Assembly (NCBI GenBank): GCA_035940365.1
Contig: DASZEX010000033.1
Location: 1,991 to 65,990, forward strand
DNA length: 64,000 nt
From: Candidatus Babeliales bacterium
GTDB taxonomy: Bacteria > Babelota > Babeliae > Babelales > Vermiphilaceae
Reading direction: 5' to 3'
Below are positions 9,372 to 18,719 of this stretch, in pieces (positions within the stretch are counted from its first letter, which is position 1; each line of letters opens with the position of its first letter). The notes under the pieces are model-generated. The model was not told the origin of the DNA. It saw only the letters and a program-made list of their open reading frames with translations, and ran no database searches. Made by a program: the position numbers and the translations under genes.

Positions 9372-9976
9372 TTAAGGTAATGATAGTAGCATTATTTTTT
9401 TCTAATATTAATGCACTATTTACTATCGTATTAGATCCATCTGATGCAGATAGGCAACTGGCCAGCTCATTTGCCAAAGGTGCTACTATGCAATGTGCAC
9501 AAAAAATAAAAATGATATTAGAAGAAAAATATCCGATCAGCGTTATTATTACGCGGTCTCCTGGGATACCAGCTTCTCATGAAAGTTATGCGCAGATAAG
9601 TAATCGCATGCAAGCCGATCTGTATATACATCTTTCTTTTTTTCAGGAAACTTCAGTGCAACCGCATGGGTATATATATTATCATGCATATGGTAATGAG
9701 TGTTATATGCCACTAAAAAATAATGCTTTTTATACGTATGAATCTGCTCATATAATGGCACATACACAAACTGTTGCATGGTCAAATAGTATATATCAAG
9801 TACTCAAAAAATATAAGCAATGTTCTTTTGAATTTCCTTTAGGTATTCCTTGCGCACCATTAATAGGTGTTTTGGCGCCGGCATATATGATAGAAATTGG
9901 ATTACATACTGATGATGCCTGGCAGGTATATATAGAACCGATATGCACCGCATGCGCTGCTTTAATTATTAATTAA
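9323..9976 (+). CDS. N-acetylmuramoyl-L-alanine amidase (Amidase_3)-like protein, catalytic site apparently degenerate
   Basis: FTIVLDPSDADRQ where amidase_3 has (V/I)IDPGHGG; ...ITRSPG...ADLYIHLSF parallels ltR..D...ADLfiSiH. Likely true start at ATG 9362 (MPLIKVMIVALFF signal). Confidence 0.5.
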   Translation: MYFFKNIFNRYGTMPLIKVMIVALFFSNINALFTIVLDPSDADRQLASSFAKGATMQCAQKIKMILEEKYPISVIITRSPGIPASHESYAQISNRMQADLYIHLSFFQETSVQPHGYIYYHAYGNECYMPLKNNAFYTYESAHIMAHTQTVAWSNSIYQVLKKYKQCSFEFPLGIPCAPLIGVLAPAYMIEIGLHTDDAWQVYIEPICTACAALIIN

Positions 9977-9989
9977 TAAGTAATGAGAT

Positions 9990-10532
9990 ATGAAAATACA
10001 CTATTATGTATTGTTATGTGTAATAAGCATTGTGGTGGGAGTAGGTATATTTTGTATTTCACATGAGTTAATTGTGATCTATATACCTAAATATTCTTTA
10101 TCTACCTATAATAAAAGTACACCTACACGTACCATGAAACTATACTATTGGCAAGAAGGAATATGGCATGAGCAGGTAATAGATAGTTTAGCATTTTCTG
10201 ATATACAAGAGTATATAACAACCTTACTATCTGCATGGTTAGTTATGATGCATGAGGAACAATTATTTCCTTATCCTATTGGTCTGCAATCTGTCTTATG
10301 TTCAGTACATGGAGATACAGTATATCTTTCATTTAATGGTACATTCATACAACGTAATAAGTCGACCTACCATAATCTAATGCTCGTTGAATCTCTTTTG
10401 CGTACATTACGGGAAAATAATATTGATGCTATACGATATTGCAGATTTTTAGTCAATCACACACCGATGATTGATACGTATTTTGATTTTTCACAACCAT
10501 GGCCAATAGAAGGTTTTATTAAACGGAAATAG
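9990..10532 (+). CDS. hypothetical membrane-anchored protein
   Basis: 180 aa, N-terminal TM (YYVLLCVISIVVGVGIFCI); directly follows the amidase-like gene. Confidence 0.5.
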   Translation: MKIHYYVLLCVISIVVGVGIFCISHELIVIYIPKYSLSTYNKSTPTRTMKLYYWQEGIWHEQVIDSLAFSDIQEYITTLLSAWLVMMHEEQLFPYPIGLQSVLCSVHGDTVYLSFNGTFIQRNKSTYHNLMLVESLLRTLRENNIDAIRYCRFLVNHTPMIDTYFDFSQPWPIEGFIKRK

Positions 10533-10555
10533 GAAACTTAAAGTTTCCTATTTCC
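10524..10555. terminator. perfect 32-nt palindrome, probable bidirectional terminator
   Basis: CGGAAATAGGAAACTT|AAGTTTCCTATTTCCG, overlapping the stop of 9990..10532, between convergent genes. Confidence 0.5.
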
Positions 10556-10590
10556 GAGTTATATATTAAGCAAACATCTTACATGCAAGG

Positions 10591-11634
10591 TTAAAATCCG
10601 CATGGTGTACATGGTGGACACGGTGCAAAGCATGGTTGACATTGCATTGGTGTACACGGTGTACATTCAACAACACAAGGAGTTGTTTGACAAATTAGAT
10701 CACATATTGAATCGCATCCACTGAAGGTGCCCTCACAGTCAGATGAAACGTATTGAATATAGAATACTGGTTTGTATGCTGCAGGATTTGGATTACCAAG
10801 TAACTCTATTTTGCCAGGGTAAGCTATTACCCCTACATTTGGATCTAAAACAAAAATTTGATATTTAGAAGTAACTACATCTCCCGCATTGAGAAATATA
10901 AGTGTAGTTAAAAAAGTTTGGGAACTCGTAGTAAACATCAAAAATGGCGTATCCACTGCCCTGCGTATTAGCCCATTTATATAGAGCTCAAGAGACCCTT
11001 TTGGTGTACCTGCAATAATGGTAGGCCCAGTCAAATTATCAAAGACTACTTGTACGGTAATTTCATAAACACCTGCTTCAGGTGCTGTATATTCAGTAGG
11101 AGCTTGAGTGATAGAACTGCTTGGATCATATTCTACGGTATCAAAGGGTAAGTCATCACCCAAATTATAAGTAACTAAAGTAGATTGTGATGCGCGGGCA
11201 CTTATATTACTACAAAAACGTAAATTTTTAATACATGCATTATCAAAATATGCCTGACGTGCACATAGCTGATTGATCATAGCTTTGAGTGCGCAAAGTT
11301 CATCTATTTGTACATGATGAGCGCACATATTTTTTATTTGAGCATTATTAGCACATACCGTATCTATATTCAATGATGGGGTACAAAATTGGTTAGTAGT
11401 TATGCGGTTGGCACATACATCTCCCGCAGAAACACGCTCTGCTTGCAGGCAACAGGCACCTATGGCATCCGCTTTTAATGTACATAGGGTCAAACTATTA
11501 GTCGGGCAACAAGGATTTGAAACAGCGCAGCAGACTTTTGTTTCTTCTAGTGGAATTTCATTAGTGCCTATAAGATATGTGGAGATACCTAAAGCAAACA
11601 TTATTATTTGATATACATTACCATGTTTATTCAT
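10591..11634 (-). CDS. secreted cysteine-rich protein: decapeptide Cys-ladder repeats + C1q/TNF(BclA-C)-like globular domain + Cys/Pro tail
   Basis: Start chosen at MNKHGNVYQIIMFALG (SD AAGGGA upstream). About 7 repeats with Cys every 10 aa (CANRITTNQF CTPSLNIDTV CANNAQIKNM CAHHVQIDEL ...). Middle block LPFDTVEYD...YTAPEAGVYEITVQVV...LELYINGL...LNAGDVVTSKY resembles C1q-like jelly-roll motifs. Tail CTPCTPMQCQPCFAPCPPCTPCGF. Confidence 0.55.
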   Translation of the reverse strand: MNKHGNVYQIIMFALGISTYLIGTNEIPLEETKVCCAVSNPCCPTNSLTLCTLKADAIGACCLQAERVSAGDVCANRITTNQFCTPSLNIDTVCANNAQIKNMCAHHVQIDELCALKAMINQLCARQAYFDNACIKNLRFCSNISARASQSTLVTYNLGDDLPFDTVEYDPSSSITQAPTEYTAPEAGVYEITVQVVFDNLTGPTIIAGTPKGSLELYINGLIRRAVDTPFLMFTTSSQTFLTTLIFLNAGDVVTSKYQIFVLDPNVGVIAYPGKIELLGNPNPAAYKPVFYIQYVSSDCEGTFSGCDSICDLICQTTPCVVECTPCTPMQCQPCFAPCPPCTPCGF

Positions 11635-11857
11635 ATGATTCCCTTTTAGGTTAAAAAACAATAAGAATAAAAAAATAAATTTTTATTTTTGATTCACCTC
11701 CATTGTTAATAAATTTAAAAATAAGGATTCTGTTTTTTCAGCAAACATCTACTCGAAAATGTTTGTCAAGAATAAAGAAAAACGCCACAAAAAAGTCCTT
11801 ATAAGTCTTTTCTATACTAAAAAAAATTAGATAATAACAAGTGTATTAATAGTATAT

Positions 11858-12343
11858 TTAAAGATTAAACTCACTATGTATGAGTGATTTAAACTCTTTG
11901 GCCGTTGATGGGGCATTATGGCGGTAAATTGATTTACCATCTTTGAAGAAAATAATATAGGGAATACTTTTGACGCCATACTCATCGGCAAGATCTTTAA
12001 ATGTCGCTGTATTGACTTTGACAAATAAAATATTAGGCTCTTGTGCCGCTACCCGTTCAAAAATAGGTCCAAATTTTTTGCATGGTGGACACCATTCGGC
12101 ATAAAAGTCAACAATAACCATACTATGGTCATTAATTATTTTAGTAAATGCATCAGCTGCAGATTCTCCTTTTTCAATTATATTTTGTAACTCAGTAGCA
12201 TTATGAGTTCGTTTTTCTGCTGTGATATCTTGGGTTATAGGTTCGGTGATAGGTTCATGCATTTCTTTTTTTTGAGTTTGTGTGCAACCAGTTAAACCAG
12301 TCATGCAAAAAAAAGATATTATTATAGAATTTGATTTCATCAT
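11858..12343 (-). CDS. exported thioredoxin-fold lipoprotein
   Basis: 161 aa; lipobox LTGC after signal peptide; VDFYAEWCPPCKKFGP thioredoxin active site. Confidence 0.85.
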   Translation of the reverse strand: MMKSNSIIISFFCMTGLTGCTQTQKKEMHEPITEPITQDITAEKRTHNATELQNIIEKGESAADAFTKIINDHSMVIVDFYAEWCPPCKKFGPIFERVAAQEPNILFVKVNTATFKDLADEYGVKSIPYIIFFKDGKSIYRHNAPSTAKEFKSLIHSEFNL

Positions 12344-12490
12344 TGTTATACCTTTTACATTTATATTATAATGGTGCTATCTTGTATTAGTAGTACCTTA
12401 TACCAAAATATATATTGTATGCAAGATAAATAATATAATTGATAAAAATGTACTATGTAATGGATGCATAGAATAAAAAAGGAGAATTAT

Positions 12491-12709
12491 ATGCAACATT
12501 TTATGAAAAATTTACCTGAACCATTTGTTGGCCTTCTTTTTATGATATTTAGTATTATTATTATATTAGATGCCATGGGAATTATTTATGCAACAGCACT
12601 TGTTATTATTGGTGCATTTATTGCATTATGGTATGGGTTTATATTGATACAAGGGCCCAAAAAAGTACGTCATGTATTGGAGAATATGCATATAGGTAAA
12701 AAGCATTAA
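12491..12709 (+). CDS. small two-TM membrane protein
   Basis: ATG at 12491 preceded by AAGGAG; the ORF track start at 12464 lacks an SD; two hydrophobic helices. Confidence 0.5.
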   Translation: MQHFMKNLPEPFVGLLFMIFSIIIILDAMGIIYATALVIIGAFIALWYGFILIQGPKKVRHVLENMHIGKKH

Positions 12710-12727
12710 TTTAGATACTTTTTTGTA

Positions 12728-12766
12728 TGCAAATAAAGCCACGTTATTCACGTGGCTTTATTTGCA
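12728..12766. terminator. 16-bp stem hairpin between convergent genes
   Basis: TGCAAATAAAGCCACG-ttattca-CGTGGCTTTATTTGCA; preceded by a T-run on plus; overlaps the last codons of the channel gene. Confidence 0.55.
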
Positions 12767-15700
12767 TATGAGGGCCTATATTGTTTTTTTCACTTAACTC
12801 TTGCGGTATAATTTGCATTATAGGTAATGCGAGTTTAATATCCAATTCGCGGAATTTTTGAACTATAGCAATGCGTACATCACTTGCAATATCCCATTGA
12901 TCTAACGTATAAGCAGAACTCAAGTAGCCACGTACCATAAATACAAATCCTCGGTTACCCAAATCATCAAGACGTACAATAGCTTTTGGATTGCGCAATA
13001 CTTGAGGATGCTCATGTACTATCTGCATCAAAAGTTCTTTGACCCGAGCAGGATCTTCATGGATTTGTACAATAACATAAATATCATCAAACGCGATAAA
13101 GTTTCGTGTATAATTCCAATTCTCAATAGCATGCGTAATTAAATGTGCATTTGGTACTACAATAGTAGTGCTATTGCGGCGTCGCAATACAACAGCACGT
13201 GGTGTAATTTTGCGTACAATACCCATTATTTGATCATTAATTCTAATATAATCACCAATTTTAATTTGTCTTTGAACCAGAATAATAAAGTAAGCAACAA
13301 TATCAACCATCGGATCTTTTAGAACCCAACCAATACTCAAACCAAGTACTGCAATGAGCCAGGTTACCAGACCGCCCAAACCAACACTTTGCAGTGCAAT
13401 ACAAAATACAGCAGTTACTATTATATAACGTAAAATACGAGTAACCATATTTTGTACACCAGTATCAACCAACAAAAGATCAAAAATTTTCTCCAGCACA
13501 AACCGGTTTAATGCATATGAAATTAAAAATCCAGCTACAATAAAACCAAAGATCATAAATAGAGAAATCATGGTGATTGGATGAGGCGATGCTTTAAGCA
13601 ATAATGGTTCATATAACCATTCAAAAGCATGTTTGAGTGTAATAGGCCAGCCCCATATTTTGGCACCAATAAATATGCCAATCGATAAAAACAAAAGAAA
13701 TGATGCAATAATAGATAAACCAAACCATGTTTTGGCATTAGCAAACCGCTCGCGGATAACTTGATCTCGCTCTTCAAAAAAAAGATACTTGGCACCACTT
13801 TTGAAAAAGTTATGCGCAATAAGTAATGCTTTGCATAATAATATAGTATATACAATACCAGCAACTATATACATGACCAATCGGCCGTACCCTACATATG
13901 GATGACTCATTACAATAACCAATAAAACACAACAAAAAAGCAAATAATAGTAATTGTCTACAAAACTATAGAGCCAATCGGTAATAGTATTATAACGTGG
14001 AATAATACTTAATATCTGTTCTTTGGTAATTAAAAGGAGCAGAGATATTTGAAAAAAAATAATATTAACCGCTGATATAATAGTCGGTAATTCCGAATGA
14101 TACAGATCTGGCTGATAATAATAAATATTCATAAATGCATGTCTAAAAATTATAAGTATGGTACTGACGTACCCGAGCAAAGATAATATGGTTATGTATC
14201 TATCTTGTATATGAACATCAAAAAGAACATAATTATGTTGCTCATTAAAGCGTATGCATTGGTGGGCAAAGGTATATATAATAAAACTAAAATAGGCAAT
14301 AGACATTAAGCAAATAAGTACATAAATATATGGATCAGGAATAATATGTAAACTCAATACATTATATATAATAAGCCCAAAGGTAAGCAGAATTATATGT
14401 GTGCGTATATATAACAGGCTTAATGCAATGAGTAAACCAAAAAAATGCACAATACCACGTCCCGGTAATACTATGTGTATAATGCGGTTATAAATACTTG
14501 GTATTATGCGGTATAATATAATAGATAATAGTATAATGAGTAGTAGCTTATATAATAAAGTAAAAAGTATACCAGGAACGGTGAGTAATTCACCTACACG
14601 CACTATAAATGCTTTCATATCAAAGCGCGCTAAATAAGAATTTAATTCACCGGCAAAGGATGCTATATCATGTCCTATTGAAGTAAATCCCTTCCAGGAA
14701 ATAGCATAGGAAGGTCTATACCATATGGTAATAATAGATTGCAATTCTCCTATAATGAAATTAATAACGCGAATTGATGCATTAATTTCAGATAATAAAC
14801 CGGAATAAACACCGGTCAATTTTCCCAATACTTCAGTTGTTTCACGTACTTTGCGGTCTGCACGTCTAAGTACATCTAGACATAAAGCATGTTCTTGAGG
14901 TACATTTTTGAATAAAGTAGCTCGTTTTGATTCAATGGTCATACGTAGTGTATGAATATTATCTGAAATTCTTTTTTGCATATTAAGTTGCTCTGCTACT
15001 TGTGTATTTTTTTCTTTATATGTAGCAAGCGATGCTTGGATAGTGGCCTTTATGGTTTCATAATATTTTATTTCTTGATTAATTTGTTCTTCTGTTGCAA
15101 AACGTCGTGCAATAATTTTAAAATAGGTTTCTTTTGCTTTTGCTTGTAACATATGATATGAAAATTGTTCATCTTCAAGGGCAATATTTGCATCAAGCAA
15201 AATCTTATTTTTTTTTAGCAGAAGCATACTTGAGTTAACTAAACCTGCTTTGCAAAGACCTACATATGATTCTACTGTTTGATTTGGTTCACGGCTCCAG
15301 TCATCAAGGTCAGTACCAGGGTTAATATTATATTGTTTGCGGATAACCTCATATGCAGCTTCTTGTATTTTAAGTTGTGTATCCAATTCATCAATTGCAT
15401 GACGATATGATTCTTTGCGGGCAAAATATTCTTGTTGCAGCTTTTTGAGCGATTCTTTAGCCCCTAAAACATCCGTTTCATTAATACGTAATGATGATTT
15501 AATACGTCCTAAAAAATCTTTCAAAATAGTAAGTTGCGATTTGGCAATAAACTGCTGAAAAGCGGTTAATTCAACGCGGTAGGTACTTTCATCTACTTGT
15601 AATTGGCTATATTCTTTTTTTGCTTCATATAATGCTATTTCTGCTTTGAGTAAATCAATTGGCTCTTGGTCATGTGTATTACTCATATATGTTAGGTCTT

Positions 15701-16334
15701 CTTGTCGTTTTTTTAGATCTGATACTATGACTGTAAGGGCACGTTCACGGGTTTTGAGCTCTGTTTGTGCGTTTTTTAATTGTTCGCTTAAATGCCCAAG
15801 CCGTTGTTCATTTTCTCTAATCATCTGATGTATGCGTAATATATCATCAAATGAATAATATACATTTGCTATTAATTTACGTTCTTTTTTGAAACTTTCA
15901 TGTTGTATATCATCTAAAAATTTAGTGATTTCACTGCTGAGGGTCTCGATAGTTGTTTTAAGTTCATCTCGTTGACGTTCGATATCTTTGAATGTTTGGT
16001 ATGTTTCATTTAATATCGTGAGTTTTTTGACCGCATCATCTTCTGCTTGATATTGTAACCCTTCGCGGGTGGTGCGACGTGCGGTTTTTACTTCATTAAG
16101 TACCTGTGTGATACGTTCCTGAAATAATGGTGTACTTTCTTCAAGCGATTGGCGTATTTTTTCTAATTGTTCTTTTTGATGTTGCTTTTCTTCCCGAACA
16201 CTCAACAAAGGTCTTTGTACACTAATAGTATGTACTGCATCAAGTATTCCATTACCTCCGCCATGATTGCTATCAGCATATGTTAACCCATCTATTACTA
16301 ATAGGAAGGTGAAAATGGTATATAATATCTTCAT
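12744..16334 (-). CDS. MscS-family mechanosensitive channel with long N-terminal coiled-coil domain (MscK/MscM-like)
   Basis: 1196 aa; signal peptide, ~550 aa coiled-coil region, ~11 TM helices, C-terminal MscS core (IKIGDYIRINDQIMGIVRKITPRAVVLRRRNSTTIVVPNAHLIT). Confidence 0.85.
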   Translation of the reverse strand: MKILYTIFTFLLVIDGLTYADSNHGGGNGILDAVHTISVQRPLLSVREEKQHQKEQLEKIRQSLEESTPLFQERITQVLNEVKTARRTTREGLQYQAEDDAVKKLTILNETYQTFKDIERQRDELKTTIETLSSEITKFLDDIQHESFKKERKLIANVYYSFDDILRIHQMIRENEQRLGHLSEQLKNAQTELKTRERALTVIVSDLKKRQEDLTYMSNTHDQEPIDLLKAEIALYEAKKEYSQLQVDESTYRVELTAFQQFIAKSQLTILKDFLGRIKSSLRINETDVLGAKESLKKLQQEYFARKESYRHAIDELDTQLKIQEAAYEVIRKQYNINPGTDLDDWSREPNQTVESYVGLCKAGLVNSSMLLLKKNKILLDANIALEDEQFSYHMLQAKAKETYFKIIARRFATEEQINQEIKYYETIKATIQASLATYKEKNTQVAEQLNMQKRISDNIHTLRMTIESKRATLFKNVPQEHALCLDVLRRADRKVRETTEVLGKLTGVYSGLLSEINASIRVINFIIGELQSIITIWYRPSYAISWKGFTSIGHDIASFAGELNSYLARFDMKAFIVRVGELLTVPGILFTLLYKLLLIILLSIILYRIIPSIYNRIIHIVLPGRGIVHFFGLLIALSLLYIRTHIILLTFGLIIYNVLSLHIIPDPYIYVLICLMSIAYFSFIIYTFAHQCIRFNEQHNYVLFDVHIQDRYITILSLLGYVSTILIIFRHAFMNIYYYQPDLYHSELPTIISAVNIIFFQISLLLLITKEQILSIIPRYNTITDWLYSFVDNYYYLLFCCVLLVIVMSHPYVGYGRLVMYIVAGIVYTILLCKALLIAHNFFKSGAKYLFFEERDQVIRERFANAKTWFGLSIIASFLLFLSIGIFIGAKIWGWPITLKHAFEWLYEPLLLKASPHPITMISLFMIFGFIVAGFLISYALNRFVLEKIFDLLLVDTGVQNMVTRILRYIIVTAVFCIALQSVGLGGLVTWLIAVLGLSIGWVLKDPMVDIVAYFIILVQRQIKIGDYIRINDQIMGIVRKITPRAVVLRRRNSTTIVVPNAHLITHAIENWNYTRNFIAFDDIYVIVQIHEDPARVKELLMQIVHEHPQVLRNPKAIVRLDDLGNRGFVFMVRGYLSSAYTLDQWDIASDVRIAIVQKFRELDIKLALPIMQIIPQELSEKNNIGPHMQIKPRE

Positions 16335-16340
16335 TGTACC

Positions 16341-16916
16341 CTATAATTTTTTAGATATTTTAGTAGTATTTGTTACCAATTTAAATTCTTCTAAACAATA
16401 ATGTATCCATATTTGTAACCCTGTTAAACACTCTACATGGAGATTAATATTATTTAAAGTATTAATGGGCGTAGCATGTATATGATATATACATTCGTGG
16501 CATATAGCCGGTTGATGGGGTCCATGTGAGCCAAAAAGCATACATAACTTCATCAAAATTATATCTTTGCATACAGCATTTAACATTAAAGGGACATTAA
16601 TACATAACCAATGCACTATCGTATATACTTCAGGTATAGATGACCCTATAGGCATTTTATCACAAAGTTCCATGACTTGGTGTAAAAATGCAAGATCTTC
16701 TACTGATACAGCAAGTGGTACATGACAAAGTTCTTGTATAACAAGACGGGATATGCCACCCTTGCCTGATATAGAATAAAGTATATGAGAACAAATAGGA
16801 ATATAGTGAGGATATAGAAGTATATTTTTTCCTTGTATTGAATCTAAAATGGTAACATTTTGCTTTTGCTGATCAGTACGTAGTATTATTCCAATAAGTA
16901 TATCGTGTTGTTTCAT
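16341..16916 (-). CDS. hypothetical protein (weakly RecO-like)
   Basis: 191 aa; the N-terminal GIILRTDQQKQNVTILDSIQGKNILL block and later helical region loosely resemble RecO; not secure. Confidence 0.3.
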   Translation of the reverse strand: MKQHDILIGIILRTDQQKQNVTILDSIQGKNILLYPHYIPICSHILYSISGKGGISRLVIQELCHVPLAVSVEDLAFLHQVMELCDKMPIGSSIPEVYTIVHWLCINVPLMLNAVCKDIILMKLCMLFGSHGPHQPAICHECIYHIHATPINTLNNINLHVECLTGLQIWIHYCLEEFKLVTNTTKISKKL

Positions 16917-16962
16917 TACATCCTTTTAAATTCAGATCAATAGTTTTATAGGAAATAATACT

Positions 16963-18615
16963 ATGAAAAATCATATAGTACAAAAAATGGTATTCATGAT
17001 CATTATATATACACTATTATTACAGGGAGACAATGCTACTCCGCGGCTTACGCTTATTTTTGTTATAGATCAACTTGCCTATAATACATTACAATTGGTA
17101 CAATCCCATTTACATAAAGGATTAAAACGTTTGCTAGCCGAAGGGGTAGTATTTACTAATGCGCATCATCCTCATGGAATGCCTGCTACTTGTACAGGAC
17201 ATACAGCTTTAAGTACTGGTGCCTATGGCAATGAACATGGTATTGTGGGTAATAGTTGGATTAATACAGAAGGAAAGCATGTTGCATGTGATGATGCTAG
17301 TGCTGTAGACGCAGCGGTACTTTCGCCTGATGGTGAATATGCATATGGCAAATCATTTCAATACGGTATGGTAGATGGCATATCTGATCAGTTTGTGTTG
17401 CAAAGTACAAAAGAAGAACCATACTATGCCTATGGTATTTCACTCAAAAGTCGTGCGGCTATTGCAACGGCCAATAGAGCTGGAATCGCATTATGGTTTG
17501 ATGCTCAGTCGGGCACGTTCACTTCAAGCAAAGCATACGTGCAAACATTACCAGAATGGGTTATTGCATTCAATAAACAGTATGCAGTTACATCACCCGG
17601 GCAAATAAGGTGGCAGCAAAAATATAACAATAATGCAGCCTATAGTATGGTTTTATATGATAATTATAAATACGTTGCGTCCCATAAGCCATTAGTAAAT
17701 ACTATTATTCCTATTGGTCCTATGGTAGATGCCAAAAATCCTTATGAACTTTTTATGTTAACACCAGCAGCAAATCAATTAATGATTGATTGTGCAACTG
17801 CTTGTGTACAAGCACATATAAATAAAGAAAAACCAGATACATTATTATTATGGGCTTGTATTAGTAGTCTTGATAAATTAGGACATGCATATGGGCCATG
17901 GAGCAAAGAAACCGTTGATATGTTATATCATTTGGATTATCAAATTTCAGCTATGATGCATACTATTGAATCATATATAGACCCGGCATCAATTGTATAT
18001 GTATTGACCAGCGATCATGGTATTTCGCCAATTGTACAGCAAATGAATCAAAAAGGATTTAATTTTGCAAAACGCATTGATAGTGAGCAATTAATAAAGA
18101 ATCTCAATAAATATGTACAAGAGACATACGGATATACTAATAGTATCTATGGTATTAAAGGTCATCAATTATATCTTAATACCAATATACTCATGAAAAT
18201 GCCTTACCAGGAGCGTCAAAAGTTAATAAAAGATTTACAAGTGTTGCTTGAATCCCATGATGGTATCAAAAGGGCATGGACACCTGAGGAGTTATTAATG
18301 CGTTGTTTTCCCCGTTATTCGGCTGAAAATTATTTTAAACAACAATTATTCAAAAATAGATCGGGTAATTTGATTATGCAGGTATATCCCTACACTATTA
18401 TCACCAGTCATCCCTATGGCACAAGCCACAAAACACCGTATACCTATAATACGCATGTGCCACTTATTGTATATCAAAAGGGTACAATACAGAAAAAACA
18501 GATACATACGAAGGTATTAACGCTGCAACTAGCACCTACGCTGGCCCAGCTGCTTCATATTCCGCAGCCATCCTGTGCAATGGAAGAAGTATTACCCGGT
18601 ATACTACCTGAATAA
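16963..18615 (+). CDS. alkaline phosphatase family / nucleotide pyrophosphatase-phosphodiesterase (NPP, PafA-like)
   Basis: 550 aa; signal peptide, IFVIDQLAY, PATCTGHTALSTGAYGNEHGIVGNSW (nucleophile Thr region), LDKLGHAYGP, LTSDHG. Confidence 0.8.
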   Translation: MKNHIVQKMVFMIIIYTLLLQGDNATPRLTLIFVIDQLAYNTLQLVQSHLHKGLKRLLAEGVVFTNAHHPHGMPATCTGHTALSTGAYGNEHGIVGNSWINTEGKHVACDDASAVDAAVLSPDGEYAYGKSFQYGMVDGISDQFVLQSTKEEPYYAYGISLKSRAAIATANRAGIALWFDAQSGTFTSSKAYVQTLPEWVIAFNKQYAVTSPGQIRWQQKYNNNAAYSMVLYDNYKYVASHKPLVNTIIPIGPMVDAKNPYELFMLTPAANQLMIDCATACVQAHINKEKPDTLLLWACISSLDKLGHAYGPWSKETVDMLYHLDYQISAMMHTIESYIDPASIVYVLTSDHGISPIVQQMNQKGFNFAKRIDSEQLIKNLNKYVQETYGYTNSIYGIKGHQLYLNTNILMKMPYQERQKLIKDLQVLLESHDGIKRAWTPEELLMRCFPRYSAENYFKQQLFKNRSGNLIMQVYPYTIITSHPYGTSHKTPYTYNTHVPLIVYQKGTIQKKQIHTKVLTLQLAPTLAQLLHIPQPSCAMEEVLPGILPE

Positions 18616-18637
18616 ATATTTTCTATTTATCAATTTA

Positions 18638-18667
18638 TTGACATGCGACCGCTATATATGCTATTAT
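18638..18667 (+). promoter_or_regulatory. sigma70-like promoter
   Basis: TTGACA (18638-18643), 18-nt spacer, TATTAT (18662-18667), about 50 nt upstream of the SD-supported ATG at 18720. Confidence 0.4.
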
Positions 18668-18719
18668 GTAATTGAATGATAAAAAATTACTGATTTTTCA
18701 TAATAGTTCGGGGGATTAT

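Noticed and set aside
11739-11770. Hairpin CAAACAT-10 nt-ATGTTTG between the thioredoxin and Cys-rich genes, considered as a terminator
   Set aside because: No U-tract follows it on the transcribed (minus) strand, and the stem is AT-rich and short. It cannot be called either way.
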